From NCBI RefSeq assembly GCF_009914755.1, contig NC_060933.1: DNA of 64,000 nucleotides, one strand, 5' to 3'. Origin of the DNA: the human T2T-CHM13v2.0 reference genome, Homo sapiens. Below are positions 24,630 through 36,400 of this stretch, in pieces. The notes beneath the pieces were generated by a model that ran no database searches, was not told where the DNA came from, and saw only the letters and a list, made by a program, of their open reading frames with translations. The translations under genes and the position numbers were made by a program. How positions within the stretch are numbered: position 1 is the stretch's first letter; the number at the start of each line of letters is the position of its first letter.

Positions 24630-27600
24630 GATGGGGGGAAGTTGAGGCACCTGGGGCAGAGAAAAAAATGCATTGCCAAGAGGTTTCTGGGTCATCTACT
24701 GACGAAAATGTCTTCCCATCAGCCCTTGCGCTGGTCCCCAGGGACCCTGGCATCCGTCGTTGGCGCCCAGGGTGCGCGTCGGGCCACTAGGGGTACCCCA
24801 ACTCGGACAGAAGGCCCATGAGTTGAATTTGAAGTTTGTGGGAATAGAGGTGAGGCACCAGGGGCAGAAAAAAAACAGGAGACCTCGCCTCAGACAAGCG
24901 GGGCCTGGGTCCCCCATGGATGAAAGTGCCTTCCCATTATGCTGTACCCTGGGCAGAGTGGACAGTGACGACCCTGGTTCGAGCCCAGGGTGCGCTTCGG
25001 GACCGCTTGCGGTTACCAGAAAGTGAACAAATGGTCCATGAGCGGAAGGTGAGGCACCTGAGGCAGAGAAAGTAAAGAAACGCGCCGCCGAGAAGCAGTG
25101 CCTGGGTCCCTCACGGAGGAAATTGTCTTCTCCTTAGCCCGTTCGCTTGGCAGTGAGGTCCCTGGCGTCCCTGGTTTGATCCCAGGGTACGCCTCGGGCC
25201 ACTAGTGTTACCCCAAGGTGGGCAGAAAGCCCATAAGGGGAAGGCGAGGCACCTGGGGCAGAGAAAAAAAAAACTTCGCCGCAGAGAAGCGCGGCCTGAT
25301 TCCCCACGGACGAAAGTGTCTTCCCATCAGTCCCTGCACTGGGACCCGGGGACCCTGGTGTCCCTGGTTCGAGCTCAGGGTGTGCCTCAGCCGCTACGTG
25401 CACCCCAAGGGGAGCTTTGGGAGCACAAAGCCCATGAGGGAAAGTGAGTTTTGAGGGAGGAGTGGTGAGGCACCTGTCACAGAAAAAGAAAAAAAAACAA
25501 CCCGCGCCACAGAGAAGCAGGGCCTGGGTCCCCCACGATGAAAATGCCTTCCCATCAGCTCCTGCTCTGGGCCCTGTGGACCCTGGAGACCCTGGTTCAA
25601 GCCACGGGTGGGCCTCGAGCCCGCTAGGGGTACCCCCGTGCGCCTCTCTGCGCCTGCGCCAGCGCCCTGTGCCTTTGCGAGGGCGGAGCTGCCTTCTCCT
25701 CAGCACAGACCCGGAGAGCATTGCCAGGGCGGAGCTGAGTTCTCCTCTGCACAGACTTCGGAGATACAGCGAAGCGGAGCATGTTCTCCTCAGCACAGAC
25801 CCGGGAGGGCGGGCCAGGGGCACCGCGAGGGCGGAGCTGCGTTCTGCTCAGCACACACCCGGGAGACACCGCGAAGGCAGAGCAGCGTTCTCAGCACAGA
25901 CCTTGTGGGCACTGCCTCGCTTTGGGACTACTCGGAGCCGCATCAATGGTGAATAAAATCCTTCCTGTTTGCAGCCCTTAATAATCAGGGTCAGAGACCA
26001 GTTAGAAGTGTTCAGTGTGGAAAACGGGAAACCAAAAGCCCCTCTGAATCCTACCCACCGAGGTTCTCCCCAGCCAAGGCGAGGCGGCCGCAGTGCGAGA
26101 TCCACACCGCAGCCTCGGAAGACAAGCGGGCAGAAATCCCATGAGGGGCAGTTGAGGTTTGAGGAAGGCGAGGTGAGGCACCTGTGGCAGAAAAAAAAAA
26201 AAACCGCACCACGGAGAAGCAGAGCCTGGGTCCCCAACGGACAAAAGTGTCTTCCCATCAGCCCTTGCGCTGGGCCCAGGTGACCCTGGCATTCCTGGTT
26301 CGAGACCAGGGTGCGCTTCAGGCCGCTAGGGGTGCCCAAAAGCGGGCAGAAGGCCCATGAGGGGAAGGTGATGCACCTGGGGCAGAGAAAAAAAAAAAAA
26401 AAACCGCGCCGCGTATAAGCGGGGCCTGGCTCCCCCACAGAAGAAACTGTCCTCACATCAGCGCTTGCGCTGCGCCCCAGGGACCCTGGTATCCCTGGCT
26501 CGAGCCCAGCGTGCGCCTCGGCCTGCTAGGGGTACCCCAAGGCAGACAGAAGGCCCATGAGGGAAAGGTGAGACACCTGGGGCAGAGAAAAAAATAAAAA
26601 AACTGCGCCGCCCAGAAGTGGGGCCTGGGTCCCCCACAGACGAACGTCCCTACCCATCAGCCCTGAACTGGGCCCCGGAGACCCTAGCGTCCCTGGCTCG
26701 AAACCAGGGTGCGCTTCAGGCCCGCTAGTGGTACCTCAAGGTGGGCAGAAAGCCCATGAGGGGAAGGTGAGGCACCTGGGGAAAAGCGAAAAAAACAAAA
26801 ACAAAAACGTCGCAGAGAAGCAGAGCCTGGGTCCCCGAGGAAGAAAGTGTCTTCGCATCAGCCCTTGCGCTGGGCCCCGGGGACCCTGGTGTCCCAGTTT
26901 CGAACCCAGGGTGTGCGTCTGGCCACTAGGGGTACCCCAAGTCGGACAGAAGGCCCATGAGGGGAAGGTGAGGTTTGAGGGAGGAGACGTGAGGCAACTG
27001 TGGCAGGAAAAAAAAAAAAAAAAAAAAAAACACGCCGCGGAGAAGCGGGGCCTGGGTCCCCAACGGACGAAAGTGCCTTCCCATCAGCCCCTGCGCTGGG
27101 CCCCATGGACACTGGCGACCCTGGTTAGAGCCCAGGGTGCGCCTCGTGCCCAATAAGGGTATCCCAAAGCGGGCAGAATGCTCATTAGGGGAAGGTGAGA
27201 CACCTGGGGCAGAGAAAAAAAAAACCGCGCCGCAAAGAAGCGGGACCTGGGTCCCCCACGGATGAAAGTGTCTTCCCATCAGCCCCTGCCCTGGGCCCCA
27301 TGGACCCTGGCAACCCTGGTTCGAGCCCCAGGTGCGCTTCGCGCCCGCTAGGGTTACCCAGAAGCCGGCAGAAGGCCCATGAGAGGAAGGTAAGACACCT
27401 GGGGCAAAGGAAAAAAAAAACCGCGCTTGCAGAAAAGCGGGGCCTGGCTCCTCCACGGACGAAGGTGCCTTCCCATCAGCCCCTGCGCTGGGCCCTGGGG
27501 AACCTGGTGTCCCTGGCTGGAAACCAGGGTACACCTTGGACCCGCTAGGGGTACCCCAAGGAGAGCAGAAAGCCCATGAGGGGAAGGTGAGGCATCTGCG

Positions 27601-27821
27601 GCAGAGAAAGAAGAAAAACCGCGCAGCGGAGAAGCGGGGCCTGGGTCCCCCACTGACGAAAGTGTCTTTCCGTCAGCCCTTGAGCTGGGTCCCGAGGACG
27701 CTGACATCCCTGGTTCGAGCCCACGCTGCGCCTCAGGCTGCTACGAGTACCCCAAGGAGGAAAGAAGGCCCAAAAGTTTCAGCTGAGGTTTGAGGCAGGA
27801 GAGATGAGGCACCTGTGGCAG

Positions 27822-27855
<34 letters not shown>

Positions 27856-30497
27856 GCGCAGCGGAGAATTGGTGCCTGGGTCTCCCAGGGACGAAAGTGC
27901 CTTCCCATCAGCCACTGCGCTTGGCCCCATGGAACCTGGCCTCCATGGTTCGAGCCCAGGGTGCGCCTCGGGCCGCTAGGGGTACCCCAAAGTGTGCAGA
28001 AGGCCTATGAGGGGAAGGTGAGGCACCTGGGGCAGAGAAAAAAAAAAAAAACCTCGCCGCGGAGAAGCGGGGACTGGGTCCCCCCACGGACGAAAGTGTC
28101 TTCCCATCAGCCCTTGCGCTGGGCCACAGGGACCCTGGCTTCCCTGGTTCGAGCCCACAGTGCACCTCGGGCCGCTAGGTGTACCCCAAGGCAGACAGAA
28201 GGCCCATGAGGGGAAGGTGAGGTTTGAGGGAGGAGCGGTGAGGCACCTGTGGCAGAAAAAAAAAACGCGCCACGGAGAAGCAGGGCATGGGTCCCCCACG
28301 GACGAAGGTGCCTTCCCATCAGGCCCTGCGCTGAGCCCCGTGGACCCTGGCGACCTTGACTCAAACCCACGGTGCGCCTCGGGCCGTTAGGGGTACCCCG
28401 AGGCAGGCAGAAAGCCCATGAGGGGAAGTTGAGGTTTGAGGGAGGAGAGGTGAGGCACCTGTGGCAGACAAAAAAAAAAAAAAAAAAAACCGCACCGCAG
28501 AGAAGCGGGGCCTGGGTCCGCCACGGACGAAAGTGTCTTCCCATCAGCCCTTGCGCTGCGCCCCGGGGACCCTGACGACCCTGATTCGAGCCGAGGGTGC
28601 GCCTCGGTCCACTAGGGGTACCCCAAAGCAGGCAGATGGCTCATGAGGGGAAGGTGAGGTACCTGGGGCAGCCAAAAGAAAAAAAAAACTGCGCCGCGGA
28701 GAAGCGGTGCCTGGGTCCCCCACGGACGAAAGTGTCTTCCTATCAGCCCTTGCACTGGGCCCCGGGAACCCTGGCGTCCCTGGTTCGACCCCATGGTTCG
28801 CCTCGGGCCGCTAGGGGTACCCCAAGGCGGGCAGAAGGCCTATGAGGCGAAGGTGAGGTTTGAGGGAAGGGAGGTGAGGCACCTATGGCAGAAAAAAAAA
28901 ACGCGCCACGGAGAAGGGGGGCCTGGGTCCCCCACGGACGAAAGTGCTTTACCATTAGCCCCTGCGCTTGGCCCCGTGCACCCTGGCGACCCTGGTTCGA
29001 ACCCAGTGTGCGCCTCGGGCCGCTAGCCGTACCCCAAAGTGGGCAGAAGCCCATGAGGGGAAGGTGAGGCACCTGGGGCAGAGAAAAAAGGAAAAAACCT
29101 CGCCACGGAGAAGGGAGGCCTGGGTTCCCCACGAAAGAAAGTGCCTTCCCATCAGACCCGGTGCTAGGCCCCAGGGACCCTGGCATCCCTGGTTCGAGCC
29201 CAGGGTGCGCCTCGGGCCGCTGGGGGTACCCCAAGGCGGACAGAAAGCCCATGAGGGGAAGGTGAGGCACCTGTGGCAGAAAAAAAAAAAAACCGCGCCG
29301 CAGTGAAGCTGGGCCTGTGTCCCCCACTGACGAAAGTGCCTTCCCATCAGGCATTGCGCTGGACCTCGCGGACACTGGCGACCCTGGTTTGAGCCCAGGG
29401 TGCGCCTTGGGCCCGCTAGGGGTACCCAGAAGCGGGCAGAAGGCCCATGAGGGGTAGGTGAGGCACCTGAGGCAGAGAAAAATAAAACTGTGCCGCGGAG
29501 AAGCGGGGCCTGGGTCCCCCACGGAAGAAAGTGTCTTCCCATCAGCCCCTGAGCTGGGCCCAGGGGACCCTGGCATCCCTGGTTCAAGACCAGGGTGCGC
29601 TTCGGGCCTCTTGGGGTACCCCATGGCGGGCAGAAAGCCTATGAGGGGAAGGTGAGGTTTGAGGGAGGAGAGGTATGGCACCTGTGGCATAAAAGAAAAA
29701 AAAAACCGCGCCACAGAGAAGCAGGGCCTGGGTCCCCCAAGGACGAAAGTGCCGTCTCATCCGCCCTTGTGCTGGGCCCCGGGGACCCTGTCGTCCCTGG
29801 CTCGAATCCAGGGTGCGCCTCTGGCCTGCTAGGGGTAACCCAAAGCGGGCAGAAGGCCCATGAGGGGAAGGTGAGTCACCTGGGGTAGAGAAAAAAAAAA
29901 AAACACAGCGCTGCGGAGAAGCGGGGCCTGGGTCCCCCACGGGTGAAAGTGTCTTCCCATCAACCCTTGCGCTGGGCCCCGGGGACCCTGGCGACCCTTA
30001 TTTGAGCCCAGCGTGTGCCTGGGGCCACTAGGGGTACCCCAAAGCGGGCAGAAGACCCATGAGGGGAAGGTGACCCACCTGGGGCAGAGGGAAAAAAAAA
30101 CGCGCCACGGAGAAGCGGGGCCTGGGACCCCCACGGAAGAAAGTGTCTCCCCATCAGCCCTTGCGCTGTGCCCTGGGGACCCTGGCATCCCTGGTTCGAG
30201 CCCAGGGTGCGCCTCGGGCCGCCAGGGGTACCACAAGGTGGACAGAAGGCCCATGAGGGGAAGGTGAGGCACCTGGGGCAGAGAAAAAAAAAAACTGCGC
30301 CGCCGAGAAGTGAGGACTGGGTCCCCCACGGACGAAAGTGTATTCCCATGAACCCTTGCGCTGAGCCCCAGGGACCCTGGCACCCCTGGTTCGAGTCCAG
30401 TGTGTTCCTAGGGCGGCTAGGGGTACCGCAAGTCGGACAGAAGGCCCATGAGGGGAAGTGAGGTTTCAGGAAGTAGAGGTGAGGCACCTGTGGCAGG
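24630..30497. repeat. Gamma satellite (GSATII-like) tandem array, ~27 units of ~195 or ~215 bp
   Basis: Recurring GCTAGGGGTACCCC-AAGCGGGCAGAAGGCCCATGAGGGGAAGGTGAGG-CACCTG-poly(A)-CGCGCC..GAGAAGCGGGGCCTGGGTCCCCCACGGACGAAAGTG..CTTCCCATCAGCCC; unit length matches the ~216-bp GSATII monomer. Confidence 0.85.
25637..26123 (+). repeat. TAR1 (telomere-associated repeat) fragment
   Basis: One 29-mer-type unit (CCTCTCTGCGCCTGCGCC), several ~37-bp units (GGCGGAGCTG.GTTCTCCTCAGCACAGAC), then GAATAAAATCCTTCCTGTTTGCAGCCC...GATCCACACCGCAGCCTCGGAAGAC as in human subtelomeres; no (TTAGGG)n follows. Confidence 0.88.
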
Positions 30498-33400
30498 TGT
30501 CCATCTGTAAACTGTTTATCCATGTGAGCCCTGATGTCCACCAGGGGCTGGATGTCCCCCTGGGGCTAGATGTTCGCCTGGAGCCTGGTGCCCACCTGGG
30601 GCCTGATATCCACGAGAGGCTTAGTTATCCACCTATGGCCATCTGGAGCCAGAGGCCCACCTGAGGTCTGGTGTACACCTAAGGCCTGATCTCTACCTGG
30701 GGCTTGGGTGTTCATGTGGGGCCTGATGTCCACCTAAGACCATGTGTTCACCTGGAGCCTGGGTGACCATCTGGGTTATGATGTTCAGCTGGGGCCCAGA
30801 GTTCAGCTGGGGACTGGGTCAACCTTCTGCCTGATGCACACCTGGGGACTAGGTACCCACCTGGGCTCCAGTGTTCACTGGGGCCTGCTGTCTACCTGGG
30901 GCCTTGTATTTACCTAGGACCAGTGCATCCATCTGGGGTCTGAGTGCCCTCATGGAGCCTGGAGTTTTCCTGGGGACTGGGGTCTGCCTTAGGCTTAAGT
31001 GTACATCTGTGGCCTCGTGTCCACCTTGGGACAGATGTCCACCTGGGAACGGATATTCAGTAGGGGCCTGAGTGTCCACCTGGTTTTTGATGTCTACCTG
31101 GGGCCTGGTGTTCATCTGAGGTGTGATATCCACCTGGGGCCTGGACATTTGCCTGGAACCTGATGTACAGCTGGTGCCTGAAGTTCATCTATGCCTGGTG
31201 TCTCTTTGGGGCCAGGTAGTCAACACAGGGCCTGAAGACCTTCCAGAGTTCAGTGTTCACCTGGGGTCCGAAGTCCACCTAGGGCTTGGGTGTCCAAATA
31301 GGGCCTGGTGTCAGCTTGAGATTTGTGTATTTACCTAGGGCCTGGTTGTCCACTTGGGGCTTGATTTTTTACTTGGTTTTTGTGTTAATCTGGGGTCTAG
31401 TGTCCACCTGGGGCCTGGGTATCCACCTAGGGACTATTGTCCAGCTGGAGACTAATGACTACCTATGGCCTGGTAATCACCTAAGGCTTTGTTTCACTTA
31501 GGTACTTGGTGCCAAACTGTTGCCTGCTGTTCACCTGGGGTATGGTGTCCACCTGGGGTCTGGATGTCAGCCTGGGGCTTGTTGTATACATGTATCTTAG
31601 ATATCCAGATAAGGGTCTGTTTTCTGCTTAGGTGCAGCAGTCCATCTGGTGCTTGAGTGTCAACCTAAGGCCTGATGTCTATGTTGGACCTAGGGTTCAC
31701 CTGAGGCCTGATATCCACCTGGGGCCTCAATGTCCAAACGGGGCCTGATGCCCATCTGGGCCCTGGGTGTCCACCTGCAGCATGGATGTCCACTGGTACT
31801 TTATATCCACCAGGGGCCTAATGTCCACCTAAGACCTGGTGTTCACCTGGGGTCTGATGTTCAGCTGAAGACCGGATGTCCACCTGGAGCCGAGGAATCC
31901 ACTCAGGGACTGGTGTTGAACTGGGGCCTGATGACCACCCAGGGACAAGGTACACACCAGGCTTGTTGTCCACCTGTCACCAGATGTCCACCTGAGTCCT
32001 GATGTCCATCTTGATCCTGTTTGTCCACATTAGGCCTGGTGTCCAGCTGGGGCCTAGGTACCCACTGGGGGCTTCCTGTTAACCTGGGGACTGGTGTCAT
32101 TCTGGGGCCTAATGACCACCTGGGTTGTATTATTCACCTAGGGCCTGGTGTCCACTTGGGGCTTGAGTGTAACCTTGGACCTGGCACCCACATAGGATTG
32201 GGTATCAAACTGGCCCCTTGGTGTCCAGTTAAGACATCATGTGAACCTGGCGCCTGAGTGTCCACTTGGGGCCAAATGACTACTGGGGGCCTGAATGTCA
32301 ACCTAGAATCTGAGGTTTACTAGGGGCCTAGGTATCCACCTGGGGCCTATTGTCCACCTGAGCCTGGGTGTCAACCTGGGGCCTGATGTAAACCTCTAGT
32401 TCAGTGTCCACCTTGGGCTTGATGTCAACCTGGAGCCTGATGTCCACCTGAGTACTGATGTTCACCTTTGACCTGATGTCCACCTGTGGACTGTTTATCC
32501 ACCCATGGCCTGATGTTCACCTGGGGCTGAATGTCCAACTGTGACTTGTTGTGCACCTGGAACCTAGGCATCCACCTGCATCCTGATGTTCAGCTGGGCT
32601 GGGACCCGGAGTTCACCTGAGGCATGATGTCCACCTGAAGCTTGATGTTCACCTGGGGGCTGGGTGTCCACTTGGGGCCCAATATCCACCTGGACTAGGT
32701 ACCCACCTAGGATCTGGTGTTCACTCAAGATTGGTGTTCAGCTGTGGCCTAATGACCACCTGGGTCACGGTGTCTACCTTGGACTGGGTGCTCACCTGGA
32801 GCCAGTGTTCACTGGGGGCCTAGTGTGCACCTGAGACTGGGGTATGCACCTGGGGCCTGGTGTCTACCTGGTGCCTAGGTATCCACTTGGGGCCTAATGT
32901 TCATCTGGAATCTGATATCCACCTGGGGCCTTGTAATTACCTGGGTTCTGGGCATCCACCTAGGGCTTGAGTATCCTCCTGGGGCCTTGAGTTTTACTAG
33001 GGACTCGTGTCTGCCTTGGACCTGAGTGTATATCTGTTGCCTAATGTACACCTTTAGAGTGATGTCAACCTGGGGACAGATGTCCTCTTGGGGTCTGAGT
33101 GTGCACCTGGTGCCTGACGTCTCCCTAGGGACTTGTGTTCACCTGACACCTGATATCCACCTGGGGCCTGGGTGTCCACGAGGGGCTGATGTTCAGCTGG
33201 AGACTGGATATCCACCTGGGGCTTGGGGATCCATCCAGAAACTGATGTCAAACTGGGGCCTGATGTCTACCTGCGGACTAGGTATCCATGTGAGGCTTGA
33301 TGTTCATCCACGGCCAGACGTCCATCTGATGCTTGATGTCCACCTTACTCCTGGGTGTCTACTGGAGACCTCATGTCCAACTAGAGCTTAGGAACCTACT

Positions 33401-36400
33401 GGGGGCCTCGTGTAAACCTGGGGACTGGTATGAAGCTGGGTCCTAATGATCCCCTGGGTCATATTATTCACCTAGGGCCTCATGTCCACTTGGGGCTTCA
33501 GTGTCAACCTTAGGTCTTGTGTTCATCTTTGACCTGGTGTACACCTGGGACACCTACGGACTTGGTGTCCAGTTGAGGTGTCATGACCACCTGGGGACTG
33601 AATGTCAATCTGGGGTCTGATGTAAACCTCTAGTTCAGTATCCACCTGGGCCTGGTCTTCGCCTGGGGCCTGCGGTCTACCTGGGCCTTGCTGTCAACCT
33701 AGGGCCTGATGTAAACCTCTAGTTCAGTATCCACCTGGGGCCAGATGTCTTCCTAGAGACTTATATTCACTTTTGACCTGATGTCCACCTGGGGACTTGC
33801 TATCCATCCATGGTCTGATATTCACCTGGAGACAGATGTTCAACTGTGGCCAGAAGTGCTCCTGGGGTCTGGGCTTCCACCTGGAGCCTGATGTTTAGCT
33901 GGGGCTAGAGTTCACATGGAGAATGATGTCCACCTGAAGTTTGATGTTTACCTGGGGCCTGATACCTACCTGGTGCCCAAGTATTCTCATGTGCCTAACA
34001 TCCACTAGTTGGCCTGGTGTTCATCTGAGGGCTTGGTGTCAACCAGTGGCTTTATGTACACCTGGATTCTAGTGTCCTCCTGGGGCCTTATGCCTACCAG
34101 GAGTCTGGTGTACCCCTGGGGTCTAGTATCCACCTGGAGTCTGGGCGTCCACCTGGAGCCTAATGTTGAGGTTAGACTGAGTGTCAGCCTGAGGCCTGAT
34201 GTCTACTAGGGCATAGGTATTCACCTGGGGCTTGTTGTTTACCTGGGGACTAATGTCAACCTTGAGCCTAGGTATCCACCTGGGGAATAGTGTCCAGTTG
34301 CAGCCAGATGTCCACCTATGGCCTGAAGCATGGTTGTTATCCTAAGGCCTTGTATTAGTCCATTTTCACAGTTATAAAAAACTACCTGATATTAGGCAAC
34401 TTATGAGGAAAAGAGGTTTAACTGACCCACAGTTCTTCAGGCTTAATAGGGAGCATGACTGGGCGGGCTCAGGACACTTACAATCATGATGTAAAGCCAA
34501 GAGGAAGTAAGCCCTTTTTACCATGTGGGAGGAGGAGGGAGACAGAATGGGGATGTGCTACACACTTTCAAATAACCAGGTCTTGTAAGAACTCTATCAC
34601 GAGAACACCAAGTGGGAAGTCTGCCCCCATGATTCAGTCACCATTCACCAGGCCCATTCTTCAACCCGTGGGGATTACAATTCAACATGAGATTTGGGTG
34701 GAGACATAGAGCCAATATCAGGCCTGATGCCCGCCTGGAGTCATGTCTACCTGAGGCCTTATGTAGACATGAGGCCTGGGCATTCACCTAGGACCTCATG
34801 TTAAGATAGGGGCTGGAGTTCTTTTGGTGCCTAGTGTATACCTGGGGCCCAGATGTATAACTAGAGCCTGATGTTTCAGATGGAAACCTGGGCCCCAGGT
34901 GCTCATCAGATCCCAGGTGAAAACTCAGGCTTCAGGTGCACATCAGACTCCAAGTGGACACATAGGCCCTAGGTTGATACCAAGATTTCAGGTAGACTCT
35001 GGGTCCCAGAAAAACACCCTGCCCTAGGTGGACAGCTGAACCTGAGTAGACATCAGGCCCCAGATCGACATCTGGCCCCAGGTAGATTCCTTGGCCCAAG
35101 GTGAATACTCAGTCTCCAGCCCTAGGGGAATTCAGTCTTAGGTGATTAAGGACTGGCGTTCCTCTGGGGCCTCATGTCTACCTGGGCCCTGGGAGTGCAC
35201 ATGGAGCCAGATGTCTATAAAGGGCCTGAGTGTCCACTAGGGCCTGAGGTTCACCAGGAGCATAGACATCCACCTAGGGCCTCATGTCCACCTAAAACCT
35301 GGTGTTCACCTGGGGCCTGGGTGACAACCTGGGATCTGATGTTCACCTGAGGCCCAGAGTTCAGCTGGTGCCTATGTCAGCCTGGCACCTGATGCACACA
35401 AGAGGACTAGGTGCCCACCTGAGGACTGGTGTTCATGGGGAACTGGTGTTCAGCTGTGGCTTGATGAGCAACTGGGTCCTGGTGTCCTCCTGGCAACTGA
35501 TGTCCACCTGGGACTGCATGCTTACCTAGGGCCTGGTGTTCCCCTGGGGCCTGGTGTGCCCCTGAGATCTGGGGTCCACCTGGGCCTAGTATCCACTTGG
35601 GGCCTCATATCCATCTGGAATATCATGTCCACTTGGGGCCTTGTAGTTACCTAGGGACTGGGTGTCCTTCTGGCACTTGAGTGTCCTCCTGGGGCCTGGG
35701 GTTCTCCTGGGGCCTGGGTGTACATCTCTGGCCTGATGTCCACCTTGGGTGGATGTCCACCTGGGGACAGATGTTCACTTGTGGCTTGAGTGTCCATCTC
35801 GTGTCTAATGTCTACCTGGGGCCTGGTGTTTGCCTGAGGCCTTATATCCACCTGGGGCCTGGGCATCCATTTGAGGCCTGATGTCTACCTAAGACCTGGT
35901 GTTTAACTGGGGCACAGATTTCTTCCTGGAGCCCGACGTTCATCTGGAGCCTGAAGTTCACCTGTGCCTGTTGTCTACCTGAGGCCTATGTGTCAACCTA
36001 GGGCCTGATGACCACCCTGAGTTCAGTGTTCACCTGGGGCCTGACATCTGCCTGGAGTCTGGGTGTCCACATAGGGCCTGATGTTGGCTTGGGACCAAAG
36101 TATTTACCTAGGGCCTGGGTGTCTACTTACAGCCTGACTTCTACATGGTTCATTGTGTCAACCTGGGGCCTGATGTCCACTTAGGGCCTAGGTAAGCTCC
36201 TTATGACTAAAGTCCACATGGGGGCTGAAACCATCTCAGACCTTGAACCTAGGGTTTAGTGTCGACCTGAGACCTGGTGACCCCCTGGGGTCAAGGTATC
36301 CACCTTGGGCCTGATGACCAACTGGGGTTTAAGGATCTACCTAGAGACTGGTGTCAACCTGGAACCTGATGTCCACTTGGGGTCTGGTGTACACCTTGGG

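Noticed and set aside
25637-26123. Ancient telomere fusion or interstitial telomere
   Set aside because: No (TTAGGG)n or head-to-head telomeric arrays; the satellite continues in register on both sides
25134-30541. Long ORFs in the gamma satellite (e.g. 28743-29714, 323 aa; 25134-25823, 229 aa)
   Set aside because: Stop-poor GC-rich tandem repeat; open frames on both strands with poly-F/poly-K runs from A-tracts and no domain similarity
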